Sequence record: PZ171032.1
Source of the DNA: a phage
Reading direction: 5' to 3' (one strand)
Length of the DNA: 64,000 bases
Shown: positions 55,088 to 64,000 of the stretch, piece after piece
Layout: the number at the start of each line of letters is the position of its first letter
How positions within the stretch are numbered: position 1 is the stretch's first letter
Notes under the pieces: model-generated
Told to the model about the DNA's origin: nothing
Seen by the model: the letters and a program-made list of their open reading frames with translations, nothing else
Databases searched by the model: none
Position numbers and translations under genes: made by a program

Positions 55088-56464
55088 TTATTCAGTCATT
55101 GCAACAGCATTGGTGGATTTAGAACCAACTTTGTCCAGAAGGACGTTGATCCGGATACGAACGAAGTGCAGGGCGTTGTTATACACCAGTTCTACTTTCA
55201 CACCTTCCAGAACACGAGCAGCCAACTGATTGGTTGGGATTTCTGCACGTTTAGGAACTGTGATGATCGGGTCGTAGAATACATTATTGTCTTCGTCGAA
55301 ACCCGTCAGGATCGCACCATTCTTAATGCCAGTGTTGATTGGGTTGTTCATCAAGACAGATTTGATAACCGGAAGATCATCATCAGACATCTTCATGCTT
55401 AAACCCATATTGGAGCGACGATGCATGTACCCAAACATGGATTCTTCAGATCTGAACTTGATCCAGTGTGCAAAACGAATAGCGTCTGCATACTGACCTG
55501 AAGCACACTTGCCTTCCCAGAAAGCACCAACACCATTAATCATTCTGTAGAAGTTAACGTGGTTTTCCCAAATCGCCATACGCTGAGTTAAAGTCAGAGA
55601 TGGGGCAATCACACCCGGCATCTGTTTTAAGTGCAAGCTGTCACCGTAAGACGGATCGTTGGATGCCATAGCGCCTACGATACCACCCTCTGGAAAATCT
55701 TTATCAGCACGAGGATCGTACATGCCAACACTGTCATACTGTGCAGCCATTAGCTTGGTGGCGATGTTATTATCTTTACCAGTCACATCTTCTGCAGTAG
55801 AGTAGACATGCAGCTTGTAGTTAGCCTGAGCCCACTTAGCACATGCTTCAATGTCGGTGTGGTCTTCATGGCACAGGAAGTACCAATTGTCACGCTCAGC
55901 ATTGATCTTATCAACTACTGTCGAAGGTTTTTCAGCATTGGCGATATTTTTGATTGTATAGTTACCGGTATGATAACCAACAGTGCAGTCACCAGTGATG
56001 GTGAGAACACCTTCATCAGCCTCTACAGTGATATCGTTCAAGCTATCATCTGCTTCAATTTTAGTCTTCATTGACTCTGCAATCTGAGTTGCACCTGTTC
56101 CACCAGAGATAGGCACTATCAAAGAAGTATTGTAGCTACCTTTTGCAATAGTCATTACGACATCGGTATCAGCTGCGGCAGCAATACCTTTAAAATCTAC
56201 AGTGGTCTTTTCTTTGGCCTGTCTGCCGATCATAACATATTGTGGAGGGAATACACCACCAAAAGCTTTTGCTGCAAACTCATACGCTGCAGAGCCTTGT
56301 GCGAAACCATCTTCCACCATCTGGTCCAGCTCAGCATATACGCGAGCTCGCTCAGTAAAGTTATTGTGGATAGCGATGAACAGGGGAGTTTCGAAACCTA
56401 CAGTGTCAATAGGCTGGGTTCCGAGGTTAACTGTAACATCTACCACTTTATCTAAATATGGCAT
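55088..56464 (-). CDS. tail sheath protein
   Basis: 458-aa ORF immediately upstream of the tube gene (conserved sheath-tube-chaperone-tape-measure order); assignment by synteny and size. Confidence 0.55.
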   Translation of the reverse strand: MPYLDKVVDVTVNLGTQPIDTVGFETPLFIAIHNNFTERARVYAELDQMVEDGFAQGSAAYEFAAKAFGGVFPPQYVMIGRQAKEKTTVDFKGIAAAADTDVVMTIAKGSYNTSLIVPISGGTGATQIAESMKTKIEADDSLNDITVEADEGVLTITGDCTVGYHTGNYTIKNIANAEKPSTVVDKINAERDNWYFLCHEDHTDIEACAKWAQANYKLHVYSTAEDVTGKDNNIATKLMAAQYDSVGMYDPRADKDFPEGGIVGAMASNDPSYGDSLHLKQMPGVIAPSLTLTQRMAIWENHVNFYRMINGVGAFWEGKCASGQYADAIRFAHWIKFRSEESMFGYMHRRSNMGLSMKMSDDDLPVIKSVLMNNPINTGIKNGAILTGFDEDNNVFYDPIITVPKRAEIPTNQLAARVLEGVKVELVYNNALHFVRIRINVLLDKVGSKSTNAVAMTE

Positions 56465-56503
56465 TTGTTTCCTCTTAATATCTGTGCACGGATATCAAAC
56501 ACG

Positions 56504-56520
56504 CAGTGTAATCATTACAC
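56504..56520. promoter_or_regulatory. perfect 17-bp palindrome upstream of the sheath gene
   Basis: AGTGTAAT-C-ATTACACT lies between a TATAAT hexamer (reverse complement of 56526-56531) and the sheath Shine-Dalgarno. Confidence 0.4.
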
Positions 56521-56536
56521 TACACAATTATAACGA

Positions 56537-57088
56537 TTACTGACCGCTGTCTGTAACCGCTTGACCAGCATCGGGTGAAGGGAAATGTGTGGTTACTTCA
56601 GCCTTGATTCCCTGGAGATCTTCAAAAGCCCCAATGTCTGTCTCAACAAACCTTACGTTAAATGTCAGCATTACTGTGGCTCTATTTTCATACGTCTGCT
56701 TATTCAACGGCACCCTTTGAGGTGAGATTGTTGAATTGTTGGAGTAGGCAAAGCACGACCCCAGAGGGAAATACTTGTCATAAAACATTGGAAGATTTAT
56801 TGCTTGCAATACTCTACTCAGTGCAGCATATGCCCTGCCACGATAAGCTGTTAACAGATAAGTAACAGTGTAACTGTGGGTGACGTAAGCATTACCCTCC
56901 GCATCTTGAAACTCATTGTCTTCCCAAGTGGTGGGGTTGATCGCCAAAGTTTGTAAAAGTACAAACTCACCTTCCGGCTTCGGTATAGTAGAACTTTCTG
57001 CCAGAACCACAGTTCTTCCTGTAGCAACCTTGACGAGTTTAGCAATAGTGGTTTCAAGATCAGAAAAAACTTTTTCGAAAGCTTCCAT
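56537..57088 (-). CDS. virion neck/tail completion protein (by position)
   Basis: 183-aa ORF in the head-tail joining block. Confidence 0.5.
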   Translation of the reverse strand: MEAFEKVFSDLETTIAKLVKVATGRTVVLAESSTIPKPEGEFVLLQTLAINPTTWEDNEFQDAEGNAYVTHSYTVTYLLTAYRGRAYAALSRVLQAINLPMFYDKYFPLGSCFAYSNNSTISPQRVPLNKQTYENRATVMLTFNVRFVETDIGAFEDLQGIKAEVTTHFPSPDAGQAVTDSGQ

Positions 57089-57513
57089 TAGTTTTCTCCT
57101 TCAGGCTCTTCTACCACAAAAAATCTATATCTCCCCCCGCCAGACGTGACATATGCATCACACTTTAAAACGGTAAACCATTTCAAGTCACCACGGATGT
57201 CAGGCAGTTGAATTTGATCAGCCATTGCATACGTTCCTTCATCTGGACTATACAACTTGGTTGATGAGTAAACTGTAAAAGCCTCATACTGTCTGTCACC
57301 TTCAGGGTTTATTTGAGAGGAGTAATCTTTAGCTGCCCTTCCTGTCAACGGCTGCACAACACACTCTAAGACATCAAACTCTTCATACTCAAGTTCTAAC
57401 CCCTCGTTGACAAAAGGCCCACCAGTTGTTTTGTTATACACTCTGTGGCGACCTTTGAATGTTTTACGAGGTATTAGCCTGTTCTTTCCTATCAGCCTAT
57501 AACCTGCTGCCAC
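57088..57513 (-). CDS. virion neck/head-tail joining protein (by position)
   Basis: 141-aa ORF, translationally coupled. Confidence 0.5.
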   Translation of the reverse strand: MAAGYRLIGKNRLIPRKTFKGRHRVYNKTTGGPFVNEGLELEYEEFDVLECVVQPLTGRAAKDYSSQINPEGDRQYEAFTVYSSTKLYSPDEGTYAMADQIQLPDIRGDLKWFTVLKCDAYVTSGGGRYRFFVVEEPEGEN

Positions 57514-57522
57514 TCAACCCCC

Positions 57523-57987
57523 TTATTTTTGCTGTCCGATTTTAAAGGTTGCAGATTCAAGCAGCACATCGTAATGCCGCATAGCTTCGTTGAAGCCCTT
57601 CTCTTGTGCCCACTGCTCACTAACCGTAGGATTACTAAACTGCCCAGCCTCAATAACAAACTGGATAGCTTTGGCCCCTGTATCCCCCATCTGCCTGAGA
57701 ATGGCCTCTGCACTTGACCCTCTAGCCATAGCTCTCAACAATTTTTCTGTTAAGGTCTGCAGTTGAGTGCTGTGAAATGCAAAGGCTGTCTCCATAAAAT
57801 TGCGAACAGGCAGCCCGTTCCAACCGAAGTTGTGAATAGCTGCCAATGTCGCCATATTTAAGCCCGAAGGGTGAGGTTCGTCATAAAAGCCGTAGGTTAT
57901 TGTTTTGCTCTCAAGTTTCACAAGTTCTTTGTAAAAGCGATCTAAACGCTTTAGGTTGAACCTTGTTTGACATTTAACCTTTAGCAT
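57523..57987 (-). CDS. virion neck/head completion protein (by position)
   Basis: 154-aa ORF downstream of an extended -10 promoter. Confidence 0.5.
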   Translation of the reverse strand: MLKVKCQTRFNLKRLDRFYKELVKLESKTITYGFYDEPHPSGLNMATLAAIHNFGWNGLPVRNFMETAFAFHSTQLQTLTEKLLRAMARGSSAEAILRQMGDTGAKAIQFVIEAGQFSNPTVSEQWAQEKGFNEAMRHYDVLLESATFKIGQQK

Positions 57988-58006
57988 TATTATTCCTCAC
58001 TAATGT

Positions 58007-58035
58007 ATTTTACCACAAAGATGAATCAAAAGCAA
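58007..58035 (-). promoter_or_regulatory. sigma70-like promoter with extended -10
   Basis: On the minus strand: -35 TTGCTT, 17-bp spacer, TGG-TAAAAT (reverse complement of 58007-58015). Confidence 0.4.
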
Positions 58036-58041
58036 CAATTT

Positions 58042-58662
58042 TTAAAAGCTGCGTTTGCGTCTCGGGTGGCGAGGAGGTTGGTTATTTAGACCACTGATAG
58101 GTGTAATCCCCTGGACATCGAACGGTCCGTTGCTGTTTTCATTAAATTTAACCCGAATTCCTTCATCTACACGAACACCACCAATGATAATCATTCTGCT
58201 GTAAGCATCTAGCTCAGAGTCTACATAGTCTGGGTGTGCCAGCAGCCAATCAAGGAAATCTTTCCATTGGGCGTAGGAAGATCCACCACGAATCTCTATG
58301 GTCTCATCCCCTATTTTTTCCAGACGGGAAGTTATACTTGCATTACCGCTGGACACTTCCTGCATCATCAGCCACCGCACAAGCTGCACAAGCACATTGT
58401 ACTTAAGCAGAGGTAGCTTATCAGGATCTGCCGGATAATTTAGTTTCAGCTTCTCCATGTCAAGGAATGTTTTAATTACCTCGTCAGAGAGGGTTTCCTC
58501 ATCAACATTGCCAAGCAACAACCTAATAATATTAATAAGAGGTTGGTCTGGATCAGGTTCCGGAGGTACAGGATCTTCTTTTGGTGGTTCTTCTGGGGTA
58601 TCAACTACACCATCATGGTTAGGCGGGGACGGGATAATCTCTTCATCTTCATACCATGCCAT
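58042..58662 (-). CDS. hypothetical virion protein (head-tail connector region)
   Basis: Start re-assigned to the ATG of MAWYEDEE (GAGG Shine-Dalgarno 9 nt upstream); the ORF-track N-terminal extension to 58719 covers the terminator hairpin. Confidence 0.5.
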   Translation of the reverse strand: MAWYEDEEIIPSPPNHDGVVDTPEEPPKEDPVPPEPDPDQPLINIIRLLLGNVDEETLSDEVIKTFLDMEKLKLNYPADPDKLPLLKYNVLVQLVRWLMMQEVSSGNASITSRLEKIGDETIEIRGGSSYAQWKDFLDWLLAHPDYVDSELDAYSRMIIIGGVRVDEGIRVKFNENSNGPFDVQGITPISGLNNQPPRHPRRKRSF

Positions 58663-58686
58663 TTGAAAATACCTCGTAAAAATAAA

Positions 58687-58711
58687 GCCCCATTCCTGAT
58701 TTGGAAGGGGC
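58687..58711 (-). terminator. terminator-like hairpin
   Basis: gcccc ... ggggc stem with inner ttcc/ggaa pairing, followed on the minus strand by TTTATTTTTAC. Confidence 0.4.
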
Positions 58712-58721
58712 CTTAACAAAA

Positions 58722-59567
58722 TTATGCCAGTGCAGCCTCAAAATCTTTCATCATATTTTGGAAAGTTTTTGCCTTACTTAAGGTAACACCGTACTCTTTG
58801 GCGAAGGTTTGGAGTGCATCTTTTGAACCACTTTTGTCATCTTCGTTGTTAAGAGCTGCTGCCTGCTGTAGTATGGCATCAACATCACTACGAGAAGATC
58901 TTGATTCTTGTGCCTGTTCAGGATCCTGCTCAGTGCCTTCCTCAGGTACAGTCGGGCCTTGGGATTCTTCACCACCACCAGGTTCAGTAGGACCTACAGG
59001 CGGCTCCGGCTCTGGTTCAGGCGGTGGAGCTATCGTAGAGACCAGTCCAAGATTTACAACCTGAGAACGTTTCTTAGGCCACTCAATGGTGAAAGTTTGG
59101 GTATCTTCTTCATAAACAATGTTGCATTCCTCATCGTTTATGGTCACTTTTTTAGGCATCCCTACAGGGTCCCATAGATGGCCCTCTGCCACGGAAACTT
59201 GGAAAGCCGCATCTACCTCTTTAAACACTGACGGGGTGAGTGTGATATTGACATCCCCGCTTTGCAGTGTTAAAGTGCTTTCATCAAGGTTCTCTGTGAA
59301 GAACAGAAGAATAACACCCATACGGATAGTTGAAATACCAGTATCAATTGGCAGGCCTGTGTGTTTTGCAATCTTCTCGAAGAAGTCTACAATCGTTCTA
59401 CATGGATAGTGAACACTGCCGATAACGAATTCTGTTGGTGGCAGCAGGGCTGATAAACCAACATTGATTTCTGGGTTATATTGTGCTAAAAATTGATAAA
59501 AACTTAACTGATTGTTGAAAACTCTTAATAGAGGATCATACTCAACTGGATATACGGCTCTCTTCAC
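58722..59567 (-). CDS. hypothetical virion protein with Pro/Glu-rich linker
   Basis: 281 aa with GTG start and AGGAG Shine-Dalgarno; contains 'PPPEPEPEPPVGPTEPGGGEE'. Confidence 0.55.
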   Translation of the reverse strand: MKRAVYPVEYDPLLRVFNNQLSFYQFLAQYNPEINVGLSALLPPTEFVIGSVHYPCRTIVDFFEKIAKHTGLPIDTGISTIRMGVILLFFTENLDESTLTLQSGDVNITLTPSVFKEVDAAFQVSVAEGHLWDPVGMPKKVTINDEECNIVYEEDTQTFTIEWPKKRSQVVNLGLVSTIAPPPEPEPEPPVGPTEPGGGEESQGPTVPEEGTEQDPEQAQESRSSRSDVDAILQQAAALNNEDDKSGSKDALQTFAKEYGVTLSKAKTFQNMMKDFEAALA

Positions 59568-59600
59568 GGGACACTCCTGTTAAACCCTAATAAATAAAAA

Positions 59601-59623
59601 GGGGAGGGGAGAACCCCCTCCCC
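59601..59623 (-). terminator. strong rho-independent terminator after the major capsid gene
   Basis: 9-bp GC stem ggggagggg / cccctcccc with agaac loop, followed on the minus strand by TTTTTATTTATT. Confidence 0.7.
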
Positions 59624-59647
59624 ATATGGGATGAATCACCTTAGTGA

Positions 59648-60658
59648 TTAGCCACCGTTTTTCAGAGTTACTTTAACAACCAGCTCTGGGCGGGTGTTAA
59701 CTGCCAGCATAGAAGTTTCAGATTCAATCTTCTCTTCACGCAGGTATGCAGAGTGTTTGTACCACATGTACAGTTCCTGTGCTGGAGTGTTTGCTTCGTT
59801 AACATCGTCTGCCGGAGCAAAGTGCAGCTGGAACATCTGATCAATACCCATCGGCAGGATGCGAGCCTCTTTCTTAGGAATATTGCCAGAGATATCTTCG
59901 ATAAAGGTGATACCTTTATGCTCAAACACACGGTATACGCTGTCTTGACCGCCAGCACCCAGACGGCGACGCAGAGGTTCCTGAGCAGAGCCGTAATAGG
60001 TGTATGCCAGTTCTACCAGAGGATGATGGGTAATAGCACTGAAGAACTCTGGTGAGCACAGGGCTACAATACGATAGCCAGCTGCGTTATCGCCAGCTTG
60101 CAGCGCGATGTGCAGACGAGCTTCTTCCAGAACCTCCATCGGATCCTGATCTGCTTTTGCAGGGTCAATCTCAACAGACTTCTGAGAAACACCCCACAGA
60201 GTGTAGTAGTCATACTGACAGGTTGTGTCGCCAGGTGCATAGGATTTACCCAGAATAGCCTGGAACAGCGCCTTCTCACGCAGTGCTTCATGAGAAACAC
60301 GGATACGGCGAACAACGCGGGTTACTACATCCTGAACAGTTTTCGGAGCATCAGGGGTGAAGTAACGACGGAAGTTCTGAACATCTGCTGCGGTGATGCC
60401 TTTGTCCAGAGGGAAGAACGGGATGTTCAGGTTTTTAACCTGAGCACGTTCACTACCAACGTAGTTACGCTCACCGCCACGACGGCGTGCCGGAATGTCG
60501 GTTACAACTTCATCAACACGCTCAATCTGGGCAATTGTTGAGGTGCCGAGACGGGTTTCGAACAGATCCATACCAGTAATCAGGCGGAATTGACGCGGAA
60601 CAAGGTCCAGAGTAGCACCTAAATCAACAATGCCAAATTCATCTTTACGAGTAATCAT
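59648..60658 (-). CDS. major capsid protein (lambda gpE-like family)
   Basis: 336 aa; follows the scaffold and decoration-like genes as in lambda-type head modules and is followed by the strongest terminator in the window; the family assignment is from recalled resemblance to lambda gpE (~341 aa) and is not verified. Confidence 0.65.
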   Translation of the reverse strand: MITRKDEFGIVDLGATLDLVPRQFRLITGMDLFETRLGTSTIAQIERVDEVVTDIPARRRGGERNYVGSERAQVKNLNIPFFPLDKGITAADVQNFRRYFTPDAPKTVQDVVTRVVRRIRVSHEALREKALFQAILGKSYAPGDTTCQYDYYTLWGVSQKSVEIDPAKADQDPMEVLEEARLHIALQAGDNAAGYRIVALCSPEFFSAITHHPLVELAYTYYGSAQEPLRRRLGAGGQDSVYRVFEHKGITFIEDISGNIPKKEARILPMGIDQMFQLHFAPADDVNEANTPAQELYMWYKHSAYLREEKIESETSMLAVNTRPELVVKVTLKNGG

Positions 60659-60706
60659 TTATTTCTCCAAAGTAAAACTTAAATATTTTCCCGAACAATT
60701 TAGGGC

Positions 60707-61096
60707 TTACTCTTCACCAAGAGTCTGGACGTGAACTTTGTTACCCAGAGCTTCCAGCTTTTCAAGAACAGCCTGCTTAGCTGCTTCACCGTTAGACCCC
60801 AGCAGCTTATCTTTTGCAAAGGTAACACCGTGAACTGCAACAACCAGTTTATATTTCTGACCTGTTTGCAGAGGCTCAGCGAGATGAACTTTTCCTGCAT
60901 CTTTTACCAGAGCTCGGTCTACGAGAACGCCATAAACGTCTGAGCCATCATCGTTAGCGATAGTGCCAGTTTTTGTTACAACAGTACCAGCATGATGGTG
61001 CTCTGTCAGTGTAATTTCCATCTCTTTAAAATTGTAGCCAGCATCGCTAGAATCAACTTTGCCGAGCACGATATCAGAATATTGAGCGGTAATCAT
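60707..61096 (-). CDS. head decoration-like small capsid protein
   Basis: 129-aa ORF between scaffold and major capsid genes, the position of gpD in lambda-like head modules. Confidence 0.45.
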   Translation of the reverse strand: MITAQYSDIVLGKVDSSDAGYNFKEMEITLTEHHHAGTVVTKTGTIANDDGSDVYGVLVDRALVKDAGKVHLAEPLQTGQKYKLVVAVHGVTFAKDKLLGSNGEAAKQAVLEKLEALGNKVHVQTLGEE

Positions 61097-61116
61097 TTAT
61101 TTCCCCCGTTAATGTC

Positions 61117-62094
61117 TTATTTGTTAGATTCTGCACGTGCACGAGCAAGTGCTTTTGCAACGTTTTCAGCAAGAATTTCTTCTGCGGATTTTGCAATATC
61201 ATCCACAACAGGTTCGCCATCATTACCATGTTCAGTGGTGGCAAACTCTTCTTTGGTTTTATGCACCTCTGCTTCCAGCTCTTCAATTTTTGCTTGAGCT
61301 TTCTCCAGCATAGCTACGATAGGTTCGTTAGCTTTTTCCAGCATGAAGTCAACCAGGGTTGCATGATCTTCTTCACCAACAAAGCTTAAAGCTTGAGCCT
61401 TAGTCAGCATTTTAGCTTTTTCAACTTCAACCTGGGCCTTGATGATTTCTTCAGCTTTACTCTGGGTTGCTTTCAGCTCTTCTACTTGCTTCAGCAGATC
61501 CAGATACTCTTTAGTTTTGGTTACGTCCACCGGATTCTCCTCGGTATTTGCGGATTTTGCAACATCATCCACCTCGGTAGTTTTATCCACCTCAGCAGGT
61601 TCCTGTACCGCCTTGATCAGGTTCCCTTCTTTATCGAAGAGATCAGCGGTTACTTGTTCAAAAATCTGTTGTGTTTTTAACAGGCTGTACTGATCTACCA
61701 CACTAAGCTGCTTGCCTTCTTTTGCAGCCTTATGAATGGTCACGTTATCACAACGCTCTTCCAGCCATGCAATACAAGACTCTGCGTCAGCTTGCGCCCA
61801 TTCCCAATCAGGATGCTCTTTAGCCCAAGCCTCCTCTTCAATCTCAAAACCAAGCATGTGTGCAAGTGCTTTAGCATCATCATACCACATATCGAAGAAA
61901 CGACGCAGGTATTCTTCAAAACTAAGCTCCACAGTAACTTGGCGAAGTGCCTTAACAATATCGTCTGTTAACTGCTCAGGCTTAAGATCACTCTTCATCA
62001 AAAGAGATACAGGTCTGTTGTTAGCGCTATAGCCTTGCGCCTTATGGCACAGGGCAATCCCCTTCTCTTTAATAGTAATCGTTTTTTCAGACAT
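61117..62094 (-). CDS. capsid scaffolding protein
   Basis: 325 aa, acidic and Ala/Glu/Lys-rich with coiled-coil character ('KIEELEAEVHKTKEE'); directly upstream of the capsid genes. Confidence 0.6.
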   Translation of the reverse strand: MSEKTITIKEKGIALCHKAQGYSANNRPVSLLMKSDLKPEQLTDDIVKALRQVTVELSFEEYLRRFFDMWYDDAKALAHMLGFEIEEEAWAKEHPDWEWAQADAESCIAWLEERCDNVTIHKAAKEGKQLSVVDQYSLLKTQQIFEQVTADLFDKEGNLIKAVQEPAEVDKTTEVDDVAKSANTEENPVDVTKTKEYLDLLKQVEELKATQSKAEEIIKAQVEVEKAKMLTKAQALSFVGEEDHATLVDFMLEKANEPIVAMLEKAQAKIEELEAEVHKTKEEFATTEHGNDGEPVVDDIAKSAEEILAENVAKALARARAESNK

Positions 62095-62525
62095 TATTCA
62101 TTGCCCTCTTCTACAACACTGATCCCGAAGTTTACGTTGGTAATTTCACCAGTTTCTTCATCAACATTACCTGTTGCCTGAATGCTTAGGCCACCAACAA
62201 TGCCAGCCTTCTTAGCTTCCCATAATTCAGGATTATTGTATTTAACTTTAGCAACCCAAGAGCCAGCCTTGATGACCTGCTCAGTGCCAATTACTACAAC
62301 ATCAAACTCTTCTTGAATCCACGTCTTTTCAATAGTGAAAGCATCTGTAGAGGTCAAGTGAAAAAGGTTTTCAGAAACTAGGCCTGCGGCGTATGCTGCG
62401 TCCCAGTTATCTTTAGCCTTTTTGATGGTGTCTTTACTCATCCACTCACCGTGAGCATCTTTAGTGTCAGGCTCGTAGATGATTTCGTAGGAAATCATTT
62501 CTTCCTGTGGCATCTTATTCCCCAT
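62094..62525 (-). CDS. putative prohead protease/head maturation protein
   Basis: Located between portal and scaffold; the ORF-track N-terminus overlaps the portal gene by ~90 nt, so the start is set to the internal Met (MGNKMPQEEM); no catalytic motif verified. Confidence 0.35.
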   Translation of the reverse strand: MGNKMPQEEMISYEIIYEPDTKDAHGEWMSKDTIKKAKDNWDAAYAAGLVSENLFHLTSTDAFTIEKTWIQEEFDVVVIGTEQVIKAGSWVAKVKYNNPELWEAKKAGIVGGLSIQATGNVDEETGEITNVNFGISVVEEGNE

Positions 62526-62580
62526 GTGGATTATTTTATCACGCCAAAGGAGGTTTTGCAACCCCCTGTGTTGATAATTT

Positions 62581-63993
62581 TTAATTTTCCATGTTGGATA
62601 TGGAATTATCTCTGGTTGATGACATCTTAGAAGTGCCGTTGCCAGTGGATCCTGCAGCCATTCCATCACCAGCCCTACTGATGTCCTGGCCCAAGAGCTT
62701 CATCAGCTCTTCCTGATCCATGTCCTCGTCAAATCTTTCATCAAACCCGCCTACTTCAAGAATCTTATTAATTACTGCAGGAGTTTTTGGCAAGTAACCT
62801 ACAGCACCGATCCTCTGGACAAACTTGGAGAAGCTCTCCATATCCACTTCTTCAATCAGACCAGGTTTCAGTTTAGGCATATCATCATCTTCAAGGATGA
62901 TACCATTCAATGCCAGAAGCTGCGGAATAAGATCTTTATTGAAGGCCTCAGTGATAATATCTATATCACGCTGAACAAAATGACCATGGATAGACTGTTT
63001 TGACTCAGACAGAGAGAAGGACCCAACGTTATCGTTACCGAGGTTAATAAAGCCAGCACCGAAACGGTCAAGAATCGCCTTCTTACGGGCATCAATCAAA
63101 TCTTTAGTGGAATACTGCTTACCCATACCGTCAACCCCCTTCAGGGTCATGGAGTAAAGCTCTTTACCAGACTTATCTCTATCAGACGGAAGTATAAAGA
63201 AACTTTGCTCACCACTATGGGCGTTTGCTGCGTCAAGCATAAGGTCTGCAACCATTCTCCCTTCCATTGAATTCGGGTCAATGCTGGCCTTGTTCAAAAT
63301 ATTGGAAGGAATTTTCAGCTCAAGCACACCACCAAGGTCTTTGGAACAGCCAACAACCTCAAGGTTTTCAATCAGAACTTTCTCACGGAAAGATCTGTAG
63401 CAACCTATCATCGGTGACACACCTGCAGGGTTAGATTCTGTTCCTGACAGGGTCATGAGCATAAGCTTTTTAGCAGGGATGAAAATTTCAGGCTCATTAA
63501 AGCCTTTTGAAGGCATTGCAGCAAGAGGTCCAGCCCAGCGTGCATTCTGAGTGTTTAGAAATGCATTAGGTGATTGATAAATACCTGTCAGTGTTCTACT
63601 ATTCTTGTCAAAGACAAACGGCTCTGATCTGGACAAACTGGCCTGAGGTCGGAATGCAATTTTATCAATAAGAAGCATCCCGGCATATTTACCTTCTTTC
63701 TCTCTGCGGTATACTTTCTCAAACAGTGAAAAACCATACTCGTTAAAGGTAGCTGCACTTCTTGCAATATCTCGAAGAGTTTGTTGGTTTGCCAAATTAC
63801 GCAAAGAATACTCTATAAGCTCGGCAGCTTTCTTAGAGTCTTCACTTTTAACATTATAAAGGATCTTAAAATCATTAAATGCTTTCGTGATGAAAACATA
63901 TTTTGTATCTAAGGCAGTAGCAACTGTGGAATCACATTTCATAGTCTCCACTGTAGCAATCAGCTGAGGCCAACGCAATTCCTCAACCATCAT
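62581..63993 (-). CDS. portal protein (5' end probably beyond the window)
   Basis: 470+ aa, first gene of the head module with an acidic Gly/Ser-rich C-terminus; the frame upstream of the first ATG stays open to the window edge. Confidence 0.5.
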   Translation of the reverse strand: MMVEELRWPQLIATVETMKCDSTVATALDTKYVFITKAFNDFKILYNVKSEDSKKAAELIEYSLRNLANQQTLRDIARSAATFNEYGFSLFEKVYRREKEGKYAGMLLIDKIAFRPQASLSRSEPFVFDKNSRTLTGIYQSPNAFLNTQNARWAGPLAAMPSKGFNEPEIFIPAKKLMLMTLSGTESNPAGVSPMIGCYRSFREKVLIENLEVVGCSKDLGGVLELKIPSNILNKASIDPNSMEGRMVADLMLDAANAHSGEQSFFILPSDRDKSGKELYSMTLKGVDGMGKQYSTKDLIDARKKAILDRFGAGFINLGNDNVGSFSLSESKQSIHGHFVQRDIDIITEAFNKDLIPQLLALNGIILEDDDMPKLKPGLIEEVDMESFSKFVQRIGAVGYLPKTPAVINKILEVGGFDERFDEDMDQEELMKLLGQDISRAGDGMAAGSTGNGTSKMSSTRDNSISNMEN

Positions 63994-64000
63994 AGATTGC

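Noticed and set aside
1-64000. tRNA genes, rRNA genes, integrase or attachment site
   Set aside because: Intergenic spaces are all under ~170 nt and are occupied by promoter and terminator elements; none has a cloverleaf-compatible sequence. No recombinase motifs were recognised in any ORF.

Overview
This window is a contiguous segment of a tailed dsDNA bacteriophage genome, densely coding, with no tRNA, rRNA, CRISPR array, integrase or repressor detected. The gene content fits a virulent phage with a contractile tail and a lambda-like head module; host-type sigma70 promoters, Shine-Dalgarno sites and a signal-peptide SleB-type hydrolase suggest a Gram-negative host. All functional calls come from motif recognition by eye, not from database searches. 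Layout: (1) 106-12229, minus-strand early/DNA-metabolism unit: beta-class DNA methyltransferase, Dda/PIF1-like helicase, Hsp90-like GHKL ATPase, secreted SleB-type hydrolase, MoxR-type AAA+ ATPase and many small unknowns. (2) 12270-12340, back-to-back divergent sigma70-like promoters. (3) 12372-19344, plus-strand unit: metallopeptidase-like/VWA protein, four tandem ~87-aa paralogs, HAD phosphatase, small Cys-rich proteins, ending at a bidirectional terminator. (4) 19392-63993, minus-strand structural module read from the window end leftwards: portal (5' end off-window), protease/scaffold, decoration-like protein, major capsid, neck proteins, sheath, tube, frameshifted chaperone pair, tape measure, baseplate proteins, then about eight tail fiber/tailspike candidates. 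The most unusual content is that fiber arsenal (S74 chaperone fiber, split adapter plus enzymatic spike, duplicated P2-gpH-like tips with a Tfa chaperone, an 1878-aa giant protein), a recurring extended -10 promoter motif after terminators, a 29-bp perfect inverted repeat shared by two unrelated genes, and the GHKL / MoxR / VWA trio. I could not identify a single clearly defined novel system; the candidates are listed as findings with their limits.
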